Of a stretch of 64,000 nt of DNA, positions 38,433 through 51,369 are shown in pieces (the stretch's first letter is position 1; the number at the start of each line of letters is the position of its first letter). A program made the position numbers and the translations under genes. The stretch covers positions 187,426,001 through 187,490,000 of the forward strand of contig NC_042998.1 of the NCBI RefSeq assembly GCF_006345805.1. The letters are read 5' to 3'. Origin of the DNA: Octopus sinensis (Eukaryota). The notes under the pieces are model-generated. The model worked only from the letters and a program-made list of their open reading frames with translations, did not search any database and was not told the DNA's origin.

Positions 38433-39077
38433 TATTCATATATAACCTCTATTCTTATCTTGCTGGATCCCTTTAGTTCAGAGTAACCAGGGATCTAGAG
38501 CTCAGTTAATTACTCTCCGTTACATTAAGGAGGGAGCAGGGGAGATAGAAAAGGTGTATATTGAAAGCATTTCACTTGGAGGAAGACAATACAATTGGGT
38601 GACAAAATATTGATAAGAAGTCATCCAAATTACATTTAATAATTTTTCGTTGATATATTTTTTAAAAATTTGTTTTTCTTTCTATTTTTCCACATTAACA
38701 AAGGGTGGGTAAGACAGAAAGTTAAGAAAAAATATGTCAAAATTCATGGAGCATGTATTTAATGTTGGGTGCTGTTCTTACATTGTCAGTTAACCTAAAA
38801 GGTCACTTAGAAAATGATTGGTCAACAAACTTGTTATTGATCATTGTATTCCATGTCACTCTCTTTTCTCTTTTCTCTTTTACTTGTTTCAGTCATTTGA
38901 CTGCGGCCATGCTGGAGCACCGCCTTTAATCGAGCAACTCGACCCCGGGACTTATTCTTTGTAAGCCCAGTACTTATTCTATCGGTCTCTTTTTTGCCGA
39001 ACCGCTAAGTGACGGGGACGTAAACACACCAGCATCGGTTGTCAAGCGATGCTAGGGGGACAAACACAGACACACAA

Positions 39078-39112
<35 letters not shown>

Positions 39113-41127
39113 CGACAGGCTTCTTTCAGTTTCCGTCTACCAAATCCACTCACAAAGCATTGGTCGACCCGGGGCTATAGCAGAAGACACTTGCCCAAGA
39201 TGCCACGCAGTGGGACTGAACCCGGAACCATGTGGTTGGTTAGCAAGCTACTTACCACACAGCCACTCCTGCGCCTATAATGTAACTCTGTTACATTTAT
39301 TCTCCAAAATCATCATCATCATCATCGTTTAACGTCCGCTTTCCATGCTAGCATGGGTTGGACGGTTCAACTGGGGTCTGGGAAGCCAGGAGGCTGCACC
39401 AGGCCCAGTCTGATCTGGCAGTGTTTCTACAGCTGGATGCCCTTCCTAACACCAAAATAACAAAACAAAAATGTTTTGCTACAGTTGCTTACTTTATACT
39501 ATGTGCATCTTCATTTTAGAAACAGTACACTGCATCCATGCGAGTTGTATGGTCAGCGATATGTAGGGTATCCTACCATAAAAAAAAAACTACCTCAGAA
39601 AACCATCTAATCCGTGCCTATTTGAAAGAGTGGACATACAATGCTTATGAGGAGGGTGACAGCTATGCTTCACCAGTATGAGATTTTTGTCTATCCAAAA
39701 TTGCTCTTTCTGTAAAAATTTTTGTAGTAAATTGTCATTTCTGAATCCATTTACTTGAGTGTGAAATGAGAAGTAGCATAGTTGAATTTCTTTAAGAGTC
39801 AGTAATTATATGTCAACTTAGGATTCTTGAATTAGTGGTTCAACACAACTAAATAACTGTGGGAAACACTGGTGTACAAGAATTATATTTTGAAAACTCT
39901 CTTCATCCTCTCTATCTTACTGTCTATCTTCATCCTCTAATATTACCGTCCTACAAGAATCCAGACCTCTTTACTCTTTTACTTGTTTCAGTCATTTGAC
40001 TATGGCCATGCTGGAGCACCGCCTTTAGTCGAGCAAATCGACCCCAGGACTTATTCTTTGTAAGCCTAGTACTTATTCTATTGGTCTCTTTTGCCGAACC
40101 ACTAAGTTACGGGGACATAAACACACCAGCATTGGTCGTCAAGCGATGTTGGGGGGACAAACACAGACGCACAAACATATATACACACACACATACACTT
40201 ATATATATACATATATACAACGGCTTCTTTCAGTTTCTGTCTACCAAATCCACTCACAAGGCTTTGGTTGGCCCGAGGCTATAGAAGAAGACACTTGCCC
40301 AAGGTGTCACGCAGTAGGACTGAACCCGGAACCATGTGGTTGGTAAGCAAGCTACTTACCACACAGCCACTCCTATGCCTATTTTTTTTTTGTTTAATGA
40401 CTGAATCAGATGAGGGAGAGCAGGATCATTGCCACCTTGCAGAACCTTCATTGGAAACATGTCTCAAACTCTTACATTACCTTCATCACCAAAACCATCA
40501 CCATTATCATCATTTTTGCATTTACCTTTGTATGCTGACATGGGTTAGATAGGTCATTACAAACCAAATTAGTTCTTTATAAATGCTACTACCCTCTCAG
40601 ATAGGTTAGGGACATCATGCTCATATAACTCACTTTTAATATGTTTTCTATTGCTAGATGTCCTTCCTATCTTCAACCACTTTATAAAGTATACTGAGTG
40701 TATTTTGTAGTGGCAAGGCAGGTAAGTTGCCCCTGCTTTATATTGTGTCTGTTTGCTTGCTTAACCACTTAACTGAAGATACAGGGTGGACTTTATCATG
40801 GCACCAGCACTAGAGATGTTGTATTGTCCCTGACAAGACTCATGGGCCCCCTCTACCCTATGTTGACTCCGTTCATTTATTGTTCACCAGCATTAAATGA
40901 ATTGTTCAGATGAAGCAAGGAGTGCAGAGGCCCAAAATAAGAGGTTGATAGTTTAATTGTTCAAAATTTACCTAACCATGCTGTTTCTATAAAGAATGGG
41001 AAATACAGGGGAATATAAATTATGTTAATTAGTTTTTAATTAATAAGGGGAGATGATTCTTCAAGCATCCAGTTTCACTAGCATCTCTCAAGATGGGATA
41101 GAACTAAAAAATACCATGTTAACTTAC

Positions 41128-41181
41128 CTTTACAAGGAATGAGACCACCCAAAGAATGGTGTATACTGGAAAAGTCTTCAT
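41128..41181 (-). CDS. RPTP-like gene, first coding exon: signal peptide MKTFPVYTILWVVSFLVK (exon 41184-41128, ATG at 41181)
   Basis: Acceptor tttttttttacag, 3 nt UTR then ATG, 18 codons with a basic n-region and hydrophobic core, consensus donor AAG|gtaagt in phase 0 matching the next exon. An acceptor implies a non-coding exon further upstream, which I could not locate. Confidence 0.8.
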
Positions 41182-41265
41182 TGACTGTAAAAAAAAATAG
41201 CAGCAATCTTATAGACAGACAGACAGAAAGAGACAAACATTAATATGTATGTACATACATACACA

Positions 41266-41309
<44 letters not shown>

Positions 41310-44300
41310 ATAATTATAACCAAGGAGAATGAAATGAGCAAGTCTTTTTATTACATTGATTTACAATTGTTTCATCAAAAAGATGATCATATAAGCATTA
41401 CTATATTATCATGCAATAAAATATGCAACCATTTATACATGAGGCATCATGGACACAAAATCAAAGGCTGATTCTTTGGAATCACACATAAAAATTATTT
41501 GCTGTGGAAACTTGAGTGAACAATAATCTGTACCTATACTAAGTTGGGCATATTTAAATGATTGCCTTTACATATTACAATTCAAATCAAACAAAATAAG
41601 CCCTGATTTGAGCTGACAGGTCAAGAAGAAGAATGAATTGAAAAAGAAAGAATAAAAGCATAAAAGTAAAGTTTTTGTTTTTAGAGACTTAATTCTTATA
41701 GCTGAATCTGTAGGAGAATTAGAAATGGAATTACAGGCTGCATGATGACTCACCTTTTAGAAGAGAGTCAGAGTTGTAGGGTGGTGTTTGGAAGAGATAA
41801 AAATAATGATGGTGAGATGTCTAGCTGGACTTTCAAAGTACAAGACATGTAGAAATGAGTGGGAACAGAGACACAAGGAGTGCAGATGGGTAGAGGTTAC
41901 AAGAGTGTATGTGAGAGAGAGAGAGAGAGAGTGATAAGGAGTGGATAAGGATGTTTGTGAATATAGTGAATGAAGAACAAGTGTTGAGAGGTGAATGTAG
42001 TGAATAGTGAATAAGGGCTAGAGGTGTCTCATGATACATAGGGGTGAAGAGCAGCACAATACATACATTGACCAGAACAATACCATACCATACCATCCAT
42101 CCATACATACATACATACATTGTTGTATTTCGGGATGATGGTCATTTTTGTTTTTTTTTGCCAAATAAACACACACATACTATATATTTGTTCTTCACTT
42201 GTTTACTACTGTTCTTATTTTTTTATTTTAACTCATTTCCATTGTCTGGAAATCTTTTGTCACACATCTGTGACCTCTTCAGTAACACTTTTCCCATGTG
42301 TGCTCTTGCTCCACTTACTCCAACAAATTGATAAACACACACACACACACATATATATATATATGTGTGTGTATATATACATATGCACATATATTGGATC
42401 ATTAGTAATATATTCAAAAGAAAAGGTGTTTCTCTGTATGTCCTGTTACGCTTACCCAGTGATACTCATTAACCAGTTATAGCATTTCCCAGACCGGAGT
42501 ACATGCGCATGCATTAAGACAAAAATTATCGTCAATGTTATTTGAAATTTTCACAGATCAATCTTACGATCTGTTCATACAATTTGATTTGCTTTTGTGA
42601 TATAAGACATCTAAAAATATTTATTGCATAGTGTTTAGTCTGTTTCTTTAATACTAATAATATTTTCTTTTGGTAAATATGAAGAATTTTTCCCAACAAC
42701 AAATTAAAAAGAAAAAGTTTTCTAGGGTAAAATGAACGTGTAGACTCTAAAGAACACAATAAAAACGGTGGACCTGGTGCACAGTCACCCCCTAAACTGA
42801 CCTTTCTGATTTTTTTTTTTTTCACCAGATTCTTATGTTTTTGATGATGGAAATTCTGAATATGCAAAAAACCACGTTTTCAAAATTTTTAATTCCCCCT
42901 CCCTCCGATTTTTAATTTTTAACATTTTTGCGAAATTTCTTTTTCAATCTACGTGGAAAAGATTGAATAGATAAAAGATTAATCTACAGAGATTAAGAAT
43001 ATGGTGAAAAAAAAAAAAAATTTTAATTTCAAATTTTTTATGAAAAACTCCAAAATTGATTCACAGCCCATTCTGCTGTCTAAAAGTGAAAATGAAAGGC
43101 TGTTTTGTCTGTTTCCACATGCGTAGATTTATAGTGAAACAGCAAAAGGACCACAGCACGTGAAACCCTCACCACAACACTCGATATGCTAAAAATAACA
43201 GCTAAATGTCTGGAGAATTTGTGTGTGCACACATCAATTTCTACAGTTTATCTGAATGGACAGAGGAAGAAGTACACAAAACGTATTTTACATACCTGTC
43301 ATATACGTCAGCTTTGTTTTTCACTTTAAAAGTAAACAAAAGTAGGTGTAGGAGTGGCTGTGTGGTAAGTAACTTGCTTACAAACCACATGGTTCCGAGT
43401 TCAGTCCCACTGCGTGGCACTTTGGGCAAGTGTCTTTTACTATAGCCTCGGGCCAACCAAAGCCTTGTGAGTGAATTTGGTAGAAGGAAACTGAAAGAAG
43501 CCCATCGTATGTGTGTGTGTGTGTATGTTTGTGTGTCTGTGTTTGTCTCCCCAACATCGCTTGACAACCGATGCTGGTGTGTTTATGTCCCCGAAAATTA
43601 GCGTTTCGGTAAAAAAGAGACCAATAGAATAAGTACTAGGCTTACAAAGAATAAATCCTGGGGTTGATTTGCTCGACTAAAGGCAGTGCTCCAGCATGGC
43701 CACAGTCAAATGACTGAAATAAGTAGAAAGGAAAAAGGAAAAGGAATTCTGATAGAAGCAATTACCTTGCTGTCAATTCATTGGATTAATTCCAACAAAA
43801 TACTACAAGTTTAGTCACTGGCTCAGCACCCATGTTTGTGTCCTTCATTCCAAAATAATAAAAACTTTAATATACTTCCAAAATGGGACTTCATCCATGT
43901 GTATCCAATTGTGTATATGTGTATGTATGTGGAGGTGGGAGGGTGCACAAGGAAAACATTTACAGAAATGTACTCATAAAATTTCAATAAGTTGTGTTTA
44001 TATGCCATGCCTGCAATTCCCCATATAAATGATAGCAAAGTGTGCATCAAATGAAATTAAAATCCTGGTTCAATAACAGATTGATCACGTTACTAAAGTT
44101 TTAACGTTGTTGGTAGCAACAAATTCTCTCTTTTAAGTGAATATTGAAAGAGAGAGAGAAAATGCAAAGGAAATTAATTTTGGTGGTAACGACTGAACAA
44201 CTTCATTCATTATCACAATTAAAAAGAAATTCAGAGGCATAACATTGCACAAGTTCATTTCCATAAATGTTTCTCTTGCCACAATTAAAAATTTTGAAAA

Positions 44301-44920
44301 CGTGGTTTTTTGCATATTCAGAATCTCCATCATCGAAAACATGGGAATCCAGTGGAAAAAAAATATCGGAAAGGTCAGATTAGGTGCAGCAAGAAATTTT
44401 GTCAGTGAACAGGTCACGGATTCAGAGCACTGAAAATAGTTTGACACAAATTAAATTTAAATGTTGAAGTGAATCTAACAGTTTTTTGTGTGTTCTTAAA
44501 TGGCTTACAATCATCTTCCACATTGCAATTGTTGTTTCAGCACACAATCTCAGATCAAGTCACTTGCTATGCAAGTACATCGCCATAATTTAATTTTCAT
44601 TTGTGTCAGAATTTTTGTTGTTTGACCAGTATCACAGACGAACTTTATCCAGGACAGACACCAGCTGACAGACCAGATTTAATTGACAAAGTATTTAACA
44701 TAAAACTTAAGGATCTCTTGCATGATATTTTGAAGAATGTTTTGGGAGAGGTTGTAGGGTATATGTGGAGTATAGAGTTTCAAAAGCATGGACTACCCCA
44801 TTGTCATATGTTGTTCATATAACAAAAAGCTCCAGAACATTATGATAAATTTATTTATGCAGAACTTCCAAATCCACAAATACAACCAATTCTGTTTCAA
44901 CATGTCACCAAAAACATGTT

Positions 44921-44972
44921 ATACTTATAAATAGATTTACAATCTACCGACTAAAAATTTCGACCACCTCAT
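44921..44972 (-). pseudogene. trnY: mt tRNA-Tyr(GTA) fragment, 3' end truncated
   Basis: atgaggtggtcgaa...taga-ttGTAaa-tcta; T-arm and acceptor 3' strand missing. Confidence 0.75.
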
Positions 44973-44973
44973 A

Positions 44974-45040
44974 CAGAATTTAAATATCATTATTTATTTC
45001 AAGTCTTGAAAACTTATAGTTTAACCTAACTTAAAACTCT
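44974..45040 (-). pseudogene. trnW: mt tRNA-Trp(TCA) copy, complete cloverleaf
   Basis: Acceptor agagttt/aaattct, D stem agtt/aact, anticodon taagt-ttTCAag-acttg, T stem aaata/tattt. Confidence 0.88.
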
Positions 45041-45041
45041 T

Positions 45042-45107
45042 TACAAAAATGGACTTGAACCTTTTCCTTAAAGATCAAAACTTTATATGCCCATACACCA
45101 AATTATA
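45042..45107 (-). pseudogene. trnQ: mt tRNA-Gln(TTG) copy
   Basis: TGGTGT D-arm start, anticodon taaag-ttTTGat-cttta, TTCAAGT T-loop; acceptor stem imperfect. Confidence 0.82.
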
Positions 45108-45110
45108 AAT

Positions 45111-45179
45111 TACTTTATTTAAACATAACATTTAAACCAATTGTTTGGAAAACAACCATACTTTTTATACTAATAAAAC
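45111..45179 (-). pseudogene. trnG: mt tRNA-Gly(TCC) copy
   Basis: TAGTATAAAAAGTAT D-arm, anticodon gttgt-ttTCCaa-acaat, T stem tttaaa/tttaaa. Confidence 0.82.
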
Positions 45180-46156
45180 TTTCAAGAAAATACATTACAC
45201 AGTTATAATGGCAATCCACTTTACCGACATCGAAATAATGGTTTTACATTTACAAAGTCTAATGTTGAATTAGATAATCGTCCAGTAGTACCATATTGCC
45301 TCTTCTTTTTAGTCAAATATAGAGGTCATTGTAATGTAGAGATATGCTCATCTGTAAAATCAGTTAAATATATTAGCAAATATATTCATAAAGGTCATGA
45401 TTACTGGACAAACCAATATTAGTGGACAGTCAATATTAGTGTACAAACCAATGCACAACAAACAAAGATGAAATTGAAAATTATATCAATGGCTGCTATG
45501 TATTCTCATCAGAGGTAGTCTGGAGGATTTTAGGGTTCAAATTACATGGTTCACATCCTGCAGTCCAACAGCTCACAGTTCATTTACCCCCAACAGCAAT
45601 AAATTTACTTTAATGATGATGATGATGATATTGAACATGTTATTCACACAGGATAGGTCCCCTCTCACTGAATGGATGCTAATTAACTGGGAATCACAAG
45701 CTAACTCGTTTGCATATACATTACACTATAATGATTTCCCTGAATTTTACACATGGAATAATAGTGAGAAAATGTGGCATCTCAGAAAAAATAATACACA
45801 CTCAATTGGGCGTATCTACTTTGTTTCACCAAAGGAACAAGAGCAATTCTATCTGAGAGCTTTACTATATCATATTCCTGGAGCTACATTATTTGAAGAT
45901 ATGAGGACTATTAATGGTGTAGTTTGCCATAATTACAATGAGACTGCAATGAAACTGGGTTTAGTATATGATGACTGTGAATACTATCGGACTATGGAGT
46001 TTAAAAATATTTCAGCTACTCCATATCAGATGCAAAGACTTTTCTATTCCATTCTTAATTACTGCATTCTATATGTATACTTATGCATATATGTTGCACA
46101 AATATATGACACAATGTAAAATATGTTATCTTAAAGATAGTGTGTTCGAACTAGTA

Positions 46157-46231
<75 letters not shown>

Positions 46232-47527
46232 GGTTTGGAGATGATGTACAGGTATTTTATATTAGAAGAAATGAGGTACTCAGAAATTTGGATGGTTTTA
46301 TATTTACAGATATTTATTTGTATGTTACATGCTTTTATACATCATATATCATATATTAGCGCTTTCGTCCATTCTAGTGGAGTCTTCAAATTGAACATAT
46401 ATATATATATATATGTATATATATGCATGTATATTTGTATTGTAAACACAATCATATATATGTGTATGTATTTTAAAATATATATATATATATTTCTTGT
46501 TAACTATTGAAAAGGTTGCAAGACGCAACGAAAATTTTAGAAAATAAAAATAAGAAATAAGTGGAAATTTTACCGGTGTGTTAAATAATAAGGCACTAAA
46601 AGAGAATGACTCTCCCCAGACACAACAGAATATGCTTCAACACACGAACTCATATAAAGAATCTTGCAAACCAAATCCAAAAACGAAATAAAATTTTAGT
46701 CTTTCCTGTTTACTTGGTGACCTCTTGTTTCTAGATTTTGGCCTTCTCAAAATCTTTAACCAGTTCTGTGGTGAGAGCTTGGTTAGATTGGATTGGTACA
46801 GGAGTTCCCACAGTCATATATGAAGATATATAAAATATGTGTATGTGTGTGTGTGTGAGTGGGGGTGTATGTATGTATGCATTCATTTATGTACTAATGG
46901 TTGTTCAGATACCTGTACCTAGATGACCAAGCTCTCAATAAAGAGGAACAAAAATCTAGAAATGAGAGGTCACCAAGTACACATACCAAAGGCTATGGAT
47001 TTAGTTAACAGGAAAGATAACCGGAAAACAGATATGAATCTCCTGCCAACAGGAAAGAGGTCATTCTTGATAGGCAGAAGAAGAGTAGGTAGAAATTCCA
47101 TACAGCATACCTAGTATAAACTATGGATGCACAAAAGCTGTCATAGGCTCACAACTGGCTGACAGTGAAAACTGACTTCATATCTATCAGATGCACACAA
47201 GAAGTTTGTACTCAGAGTACACTTGAAATAAACTTCTTTAAATACTTGGGGTACTCCTTAGTTGTCTTTCTCTCAATCTCTCTCTTTTCTTTTCTCCTCC
47301 TTGTCCACCTTTGCATCTCTGGCTCAATTGAAGAATTACAAACATTAACAGGAGTTCTACAAAAAGACACTATAACTCCTTTTCTGTTTGTAATTGGAGT
47401 GGACTGCATCCCGAGGCAAAGTCCAGAACCCAGCGAAAACAAAAGTCTCATTATGAGAAGCCAGGTGTACAAACTTTCAGAGTGTTCTTGAAGGAGGAAG
47501 AGGCGGAGGAGATGTCTATATCTGTAC

Positions 47528-48806
47528 TATGAGGGAAAGCTGAAAAGTTCATAGGCTGACTATAAAGGAGTGATACTAGAGCTGTGAATTCTTGTCTTAT
47601 TCATAACTGCATTGTTATTAGTTTTCATAACATTGTTATTGTTATTAGGTAAACTGATATATCACTGTTCAAAGAAGACTTCTAAAGTAACTAATTGTAA
47701 CTTCTCTTGAAAACAAACAAAACTTGGCATCATGGTGTTATCAAGTACCTGCGAAAAAGGGATTAGCCCCCCAACAACATTCATGCTGACATGGTTGCTA
47801 CAATAGGGGATGACACTCTATCAACAGTGCAAAACTGGGCAGCTGAATTTAGGAGGAAGAAGGGGAAGTCTTGAAGATGATCCAACACCTGAATGTCCTG
47901 CAACAGCCACCACTGAGGAAAACATTGATCGAATTCACCGCATAGTGATGGATGACAGGTGATTGACACTAAATCAAATAATCAATGCTATTAGCATATC
48001 CTGTGAGAGAGTTGAGAATATTGTGCACAATGAACTTGGTATGATGAAGATTTCTGCTTGGTGGCTGCCACGTCTTCTACCACCTGATCAAAAGCACATC
48101 AGGCTGATCACATTATGGGTAAATCTGACAGTGTTTGATGCAGATCCAGCTAGTTTCCTTGAATGTTTCCTAACACATGATGAGTGTTATGTTCAACACT
48201 TTGAACCAGAGACAAGAGACAATCCATGCAGTGGAAACATCCCTCCTCAACTGCTCCAAAGAAGATCAAGATCATTTCACCTGCAGGGAAAGTGATGGCC
48301 TCAGGTTTTTGGAGTGCAATAGGAATCGTGCTTATTGACTATCTTGAAAAGGGCCACACCATCAATGAAGAGCACTATGCCAACTTGCTGAAGTAGTTAC
48401 GAAATGCTATCAAGACCAAACACCCAGGAAAACTAAGAAAAGGTGTCTTGTTTCATCAGGACAATGTTCCAGTACACAAGTACTTGGTTTCAATGACTGC
48501 TGTCCATGACTATAGCTTTGAACTGGTTAATAACCCTCCCTATTCTCCTGATTTGGCACCATCTGACTATTGTCTGTTCCCTAACTTGGTTGGAAACCAT
48601 TATTGCAGAGATGATGACTTCATATCTACTTTGATTATTTTTTTGACAAGAAGGACATAAGCTTTACCAATGGGATCCAAGCTCTGCAACACCAGTGGAA
48701 GAATTGTGTAAGCTGCAAAGGGGACTATGTTGGAAAATAAACTTCATTTGGTCACATTCCATGAGAGTATCTTGGTTAGCCTATGAACTTTTAGTCAACC
48801 CTTGTG
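47528..48806 (+). mobile_element. Degenerate mariner DNA transposon
   Basis: Imperfect TIRs containing aaagttcataggct; transposase remnants WLPRLL, FHQDN, YSPDLAPSDY (ORFs 47963..48295, 48448..48660). Confidence 0.92.
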
Positions 48807-48959
48807 TGTGTGTGTGTGTGTGTGCACACATGCGTGTGTTTATATGTATGTATGCATGCATGTTTATGTTTGCATTCCATGCTGGCATGGGTTAGACAGG
48901 TCATCTCAACCTGAGTCATCTCTCATTGACAGCTGTTGCTTCTATAGAAGGATGTTCAT

Positions 48960-49620
48960 AAGTGTCATTTGTTTACATGCAATTCTCTGGCTATAACCAA
49001 AGGGACAGGGTTAGAGTGTACAAAGGAGTCAGGGATAAGTACAAGGCTATGATAGAGAATGATGCAAATGGGATCTGCCAGTTATACAGGAGTAAATCCC
49101 AGAATAGCATAGAAAGGACCAAGAAAAAGATAGATAAGACCAACTCATGGTATGACACCAAAAAATACCAGAGTGTCATGTTCATTGATGCTACCCCTGG
49201 TGGCAAACTAGCATATCTTTTTAGAAAAACATTAGATAATGTAAATCTACGGATTAAAGTGGTAGAAAGGCCAAGAACGTCCATAAAATCCCTGATCTAT
49301 CTCCATGTACAGAGAACAATTGTATAGTATTTAAAATGAACCCACAGGTTAACTGTAAGATTAGGAACATAGTCTATAGTTGACTATGTACTGAGGAATG
49401 GTGCAGAAACAAGACAATAGCTTACACTGGAGAGATGGCATGTAACATAGTGGAGTGGATAGGCGACCACTGGCGGAAGCTCAAAGAGGAGAAAAACTCA
49501 TCAGTGTTCTACCAACATGCTCAATCAAAACATAGAAACTAAGATATTAGCAATGCTTAGAACAGACATGACATTTAGATAGATTACAGTGGCTACACAC
49601 ATAGTAATAGACAGACTGAG
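48960..49620 (+). mobile_element. Penelope-like element C-terminal fragment (RT linker + GIY-YIG)
   Basis: FIDATPGGKL...IKVVERP (48962..49327), then NIVYS..C...C......YTGE...H...S....H pattern at 49360-49540. Confidence 0.75.
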
Positions 49621-51119
49621 CCTCAACAGAGAACACAAATGGAACAATAACACCCACCACCACCACATCATGCAACACAATGACTAAAGACAGAAGGGAA
49701 AAAAAGACAGATACAAACAGTATAATACATAAACTCATGTATACACATAGACACACATGCACATATGAAAATATAAGAAATAGAGATAAATAAGTAAATA
49801 AATGAAAAAGAAAACTATATAAAGGGCACAGGTACAAATAATATAGTAAACAAACCCATAGACACACATACAAAACACAGACACACATCACACAGATACA
49901 TTAGCAAATAAGAGATACACATCATACAGACACAGAATGGACTAATCAGAACAGGAAGAAACACATGAATGGAAGAGTTGCTGAAGAGGTCACAGATGTG
50001 TGACAAAGGATTTCCAGACAATGGACGTAAGATAAAATAAGAACAATAATAAACAAATGAAGAATAAATATATAGTGCATGTGTTTATTTGGTAAAAAAA
50101 AAAATTACCATCCCGAAATATAACAATATTTGTTTCAACAGACGATTTCACATTAGGAATCTTGCAAAACAAAACAAATTCATAAACATAAAACCGTTTG
50201 TTTTGGGGTATAATCATCTTTTTTTCATTATTCCTTTTTATTATTTTAAAACTTTTCTTTCACTTTTTCAACTTAATTTTGTTATAATACAAGTACAGAA
50301 ATTATTAAATATATTTGGCACAGGCATTGCAGCATGGTTAAGAAATCTACTTCCCAACGACACGGTTCTATGTTTAGTCTTCTGTGGGCAGGTGCCTTCT
50401 ACTATAGCCCATAGCCTACCAAAGATTTGATAAAGAGAAACTGAGAGAAACTCATTGTATACACATATGTATGTATGTATGTATATACATAGAGGGAAAT
50501 TTTACAAAAATAAACAAAAGACGAACGCAGGTAGAGTACAAACAAACAAATGTATTAGAATAGCACTCAGGAATAGAAATAGAAAAAGTCTTTTACGTTT
50601 CGAGCCTATGCTCTTCGACATAAAGATACACAGAAAAAAACAAGGAGAGAAAAAAATGCGTGTAGGAGCTATATATGCATATGTGAACGCATATAAGCCA
50701 AATAAGGCGAAGAAAGTCTTTAACACATCTTTAATGATCAGCTACAATTGTTTCATGCCAGTTCTCACAGAAGTTCCAAATGAAAATTTGCATAATATTT
50801 GCAGTTTTAAACATTACAGCGACACTTCTTCAGACCTGCATCAAAGCTGCACTCTTACATTGTGTGCCTGCCAGACTTTGTGTTTTGCTTATATAAAGAG
50901 GAAACAAAAAGTAAATAAAGATGAAAATGTAAATAGCCTATGAAACCTTCTCTTCCTTTTCCTTCATCTTCTTCTTTCCCTCTCTCTCATCTCCTTCTAT
51001 TGCTTCTTCATCCCCTAACCATACTTTTACCGACTTTAATATCAACACTTTACTTGCCTTGTCGTTCTTTTCACAATGGTGAGTTCAACTGAGTTGAACT
51101 GACCATTGTGTTATGACTG

Positions 51120-51365
51120 ACTTAGAAATTTACGCAACAATTTAATCTTTAATCCTTATTCCTTGTTCTGAATGATCTAAGGATCCATCCAGCTACTTGC
51201 CTGCACAGTGTTGCCATCTCGGTAATATGCACATAGAATGTTGCATCATTACTCATATGGATTCTCAAATCATGCATTGATTCTAACGCTGGGATAGCAC
51301 TACACGCGGGTCTTATGCATTCCAAATGTAGTCTGTGGGCCAAAGATGGTGTAGTTGGGGACATA
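51120..51365 (-). mobile_element. CR1/L2/Crack-type LINE post-RT fragment
   Basis: DLRIHMSNDATF..HI......CR...GWILRSF.TR. Confidence 0.65.
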
Positions 51366-51369
51366 TAGC

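Larger units (their letters stand above)
44921..45180 (-). pseudogene. NUMT: mitochondrial tRNA cluster trnY(partial)-trnW-trnQ-trnG
   Basis: Four adjacent minus-strand cloverleaves with anticodons GTA, TCA, TTG, TCC, in the order of the molluscan/octopod M-C-Y-W-Q-G-E cluster. Confidence 0.88.
44620..46060 (+). mobile_element. Degenerate Helitron Rep/helicase fragment, interrupted by the NUMT
   Basis: Rep motifs RPDL..KVF, IEFQKHGLPHCH, DNR.VVPY...HCNVE.C.S..SVKY..KYI.KGHD, and IGR...V.P...E.FYLR.LL; stops and frameshifts present. Confidence 0.9.

Noticed and set aside
39595-39710. Possible exon between signal and stalk exons
   Set aside because: Open only in phase 0 to 2, incompatible with the phase-0 stalk acceptor; weak donor and no recognisable motif.
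41748-41830. Candidate 5' UTR exon donor (aaag|gtgagt) upstream of the signal exon
   Set aside because: Plausible but unsupported; several similar donors exist upstream and none can be chosen without transcripts.
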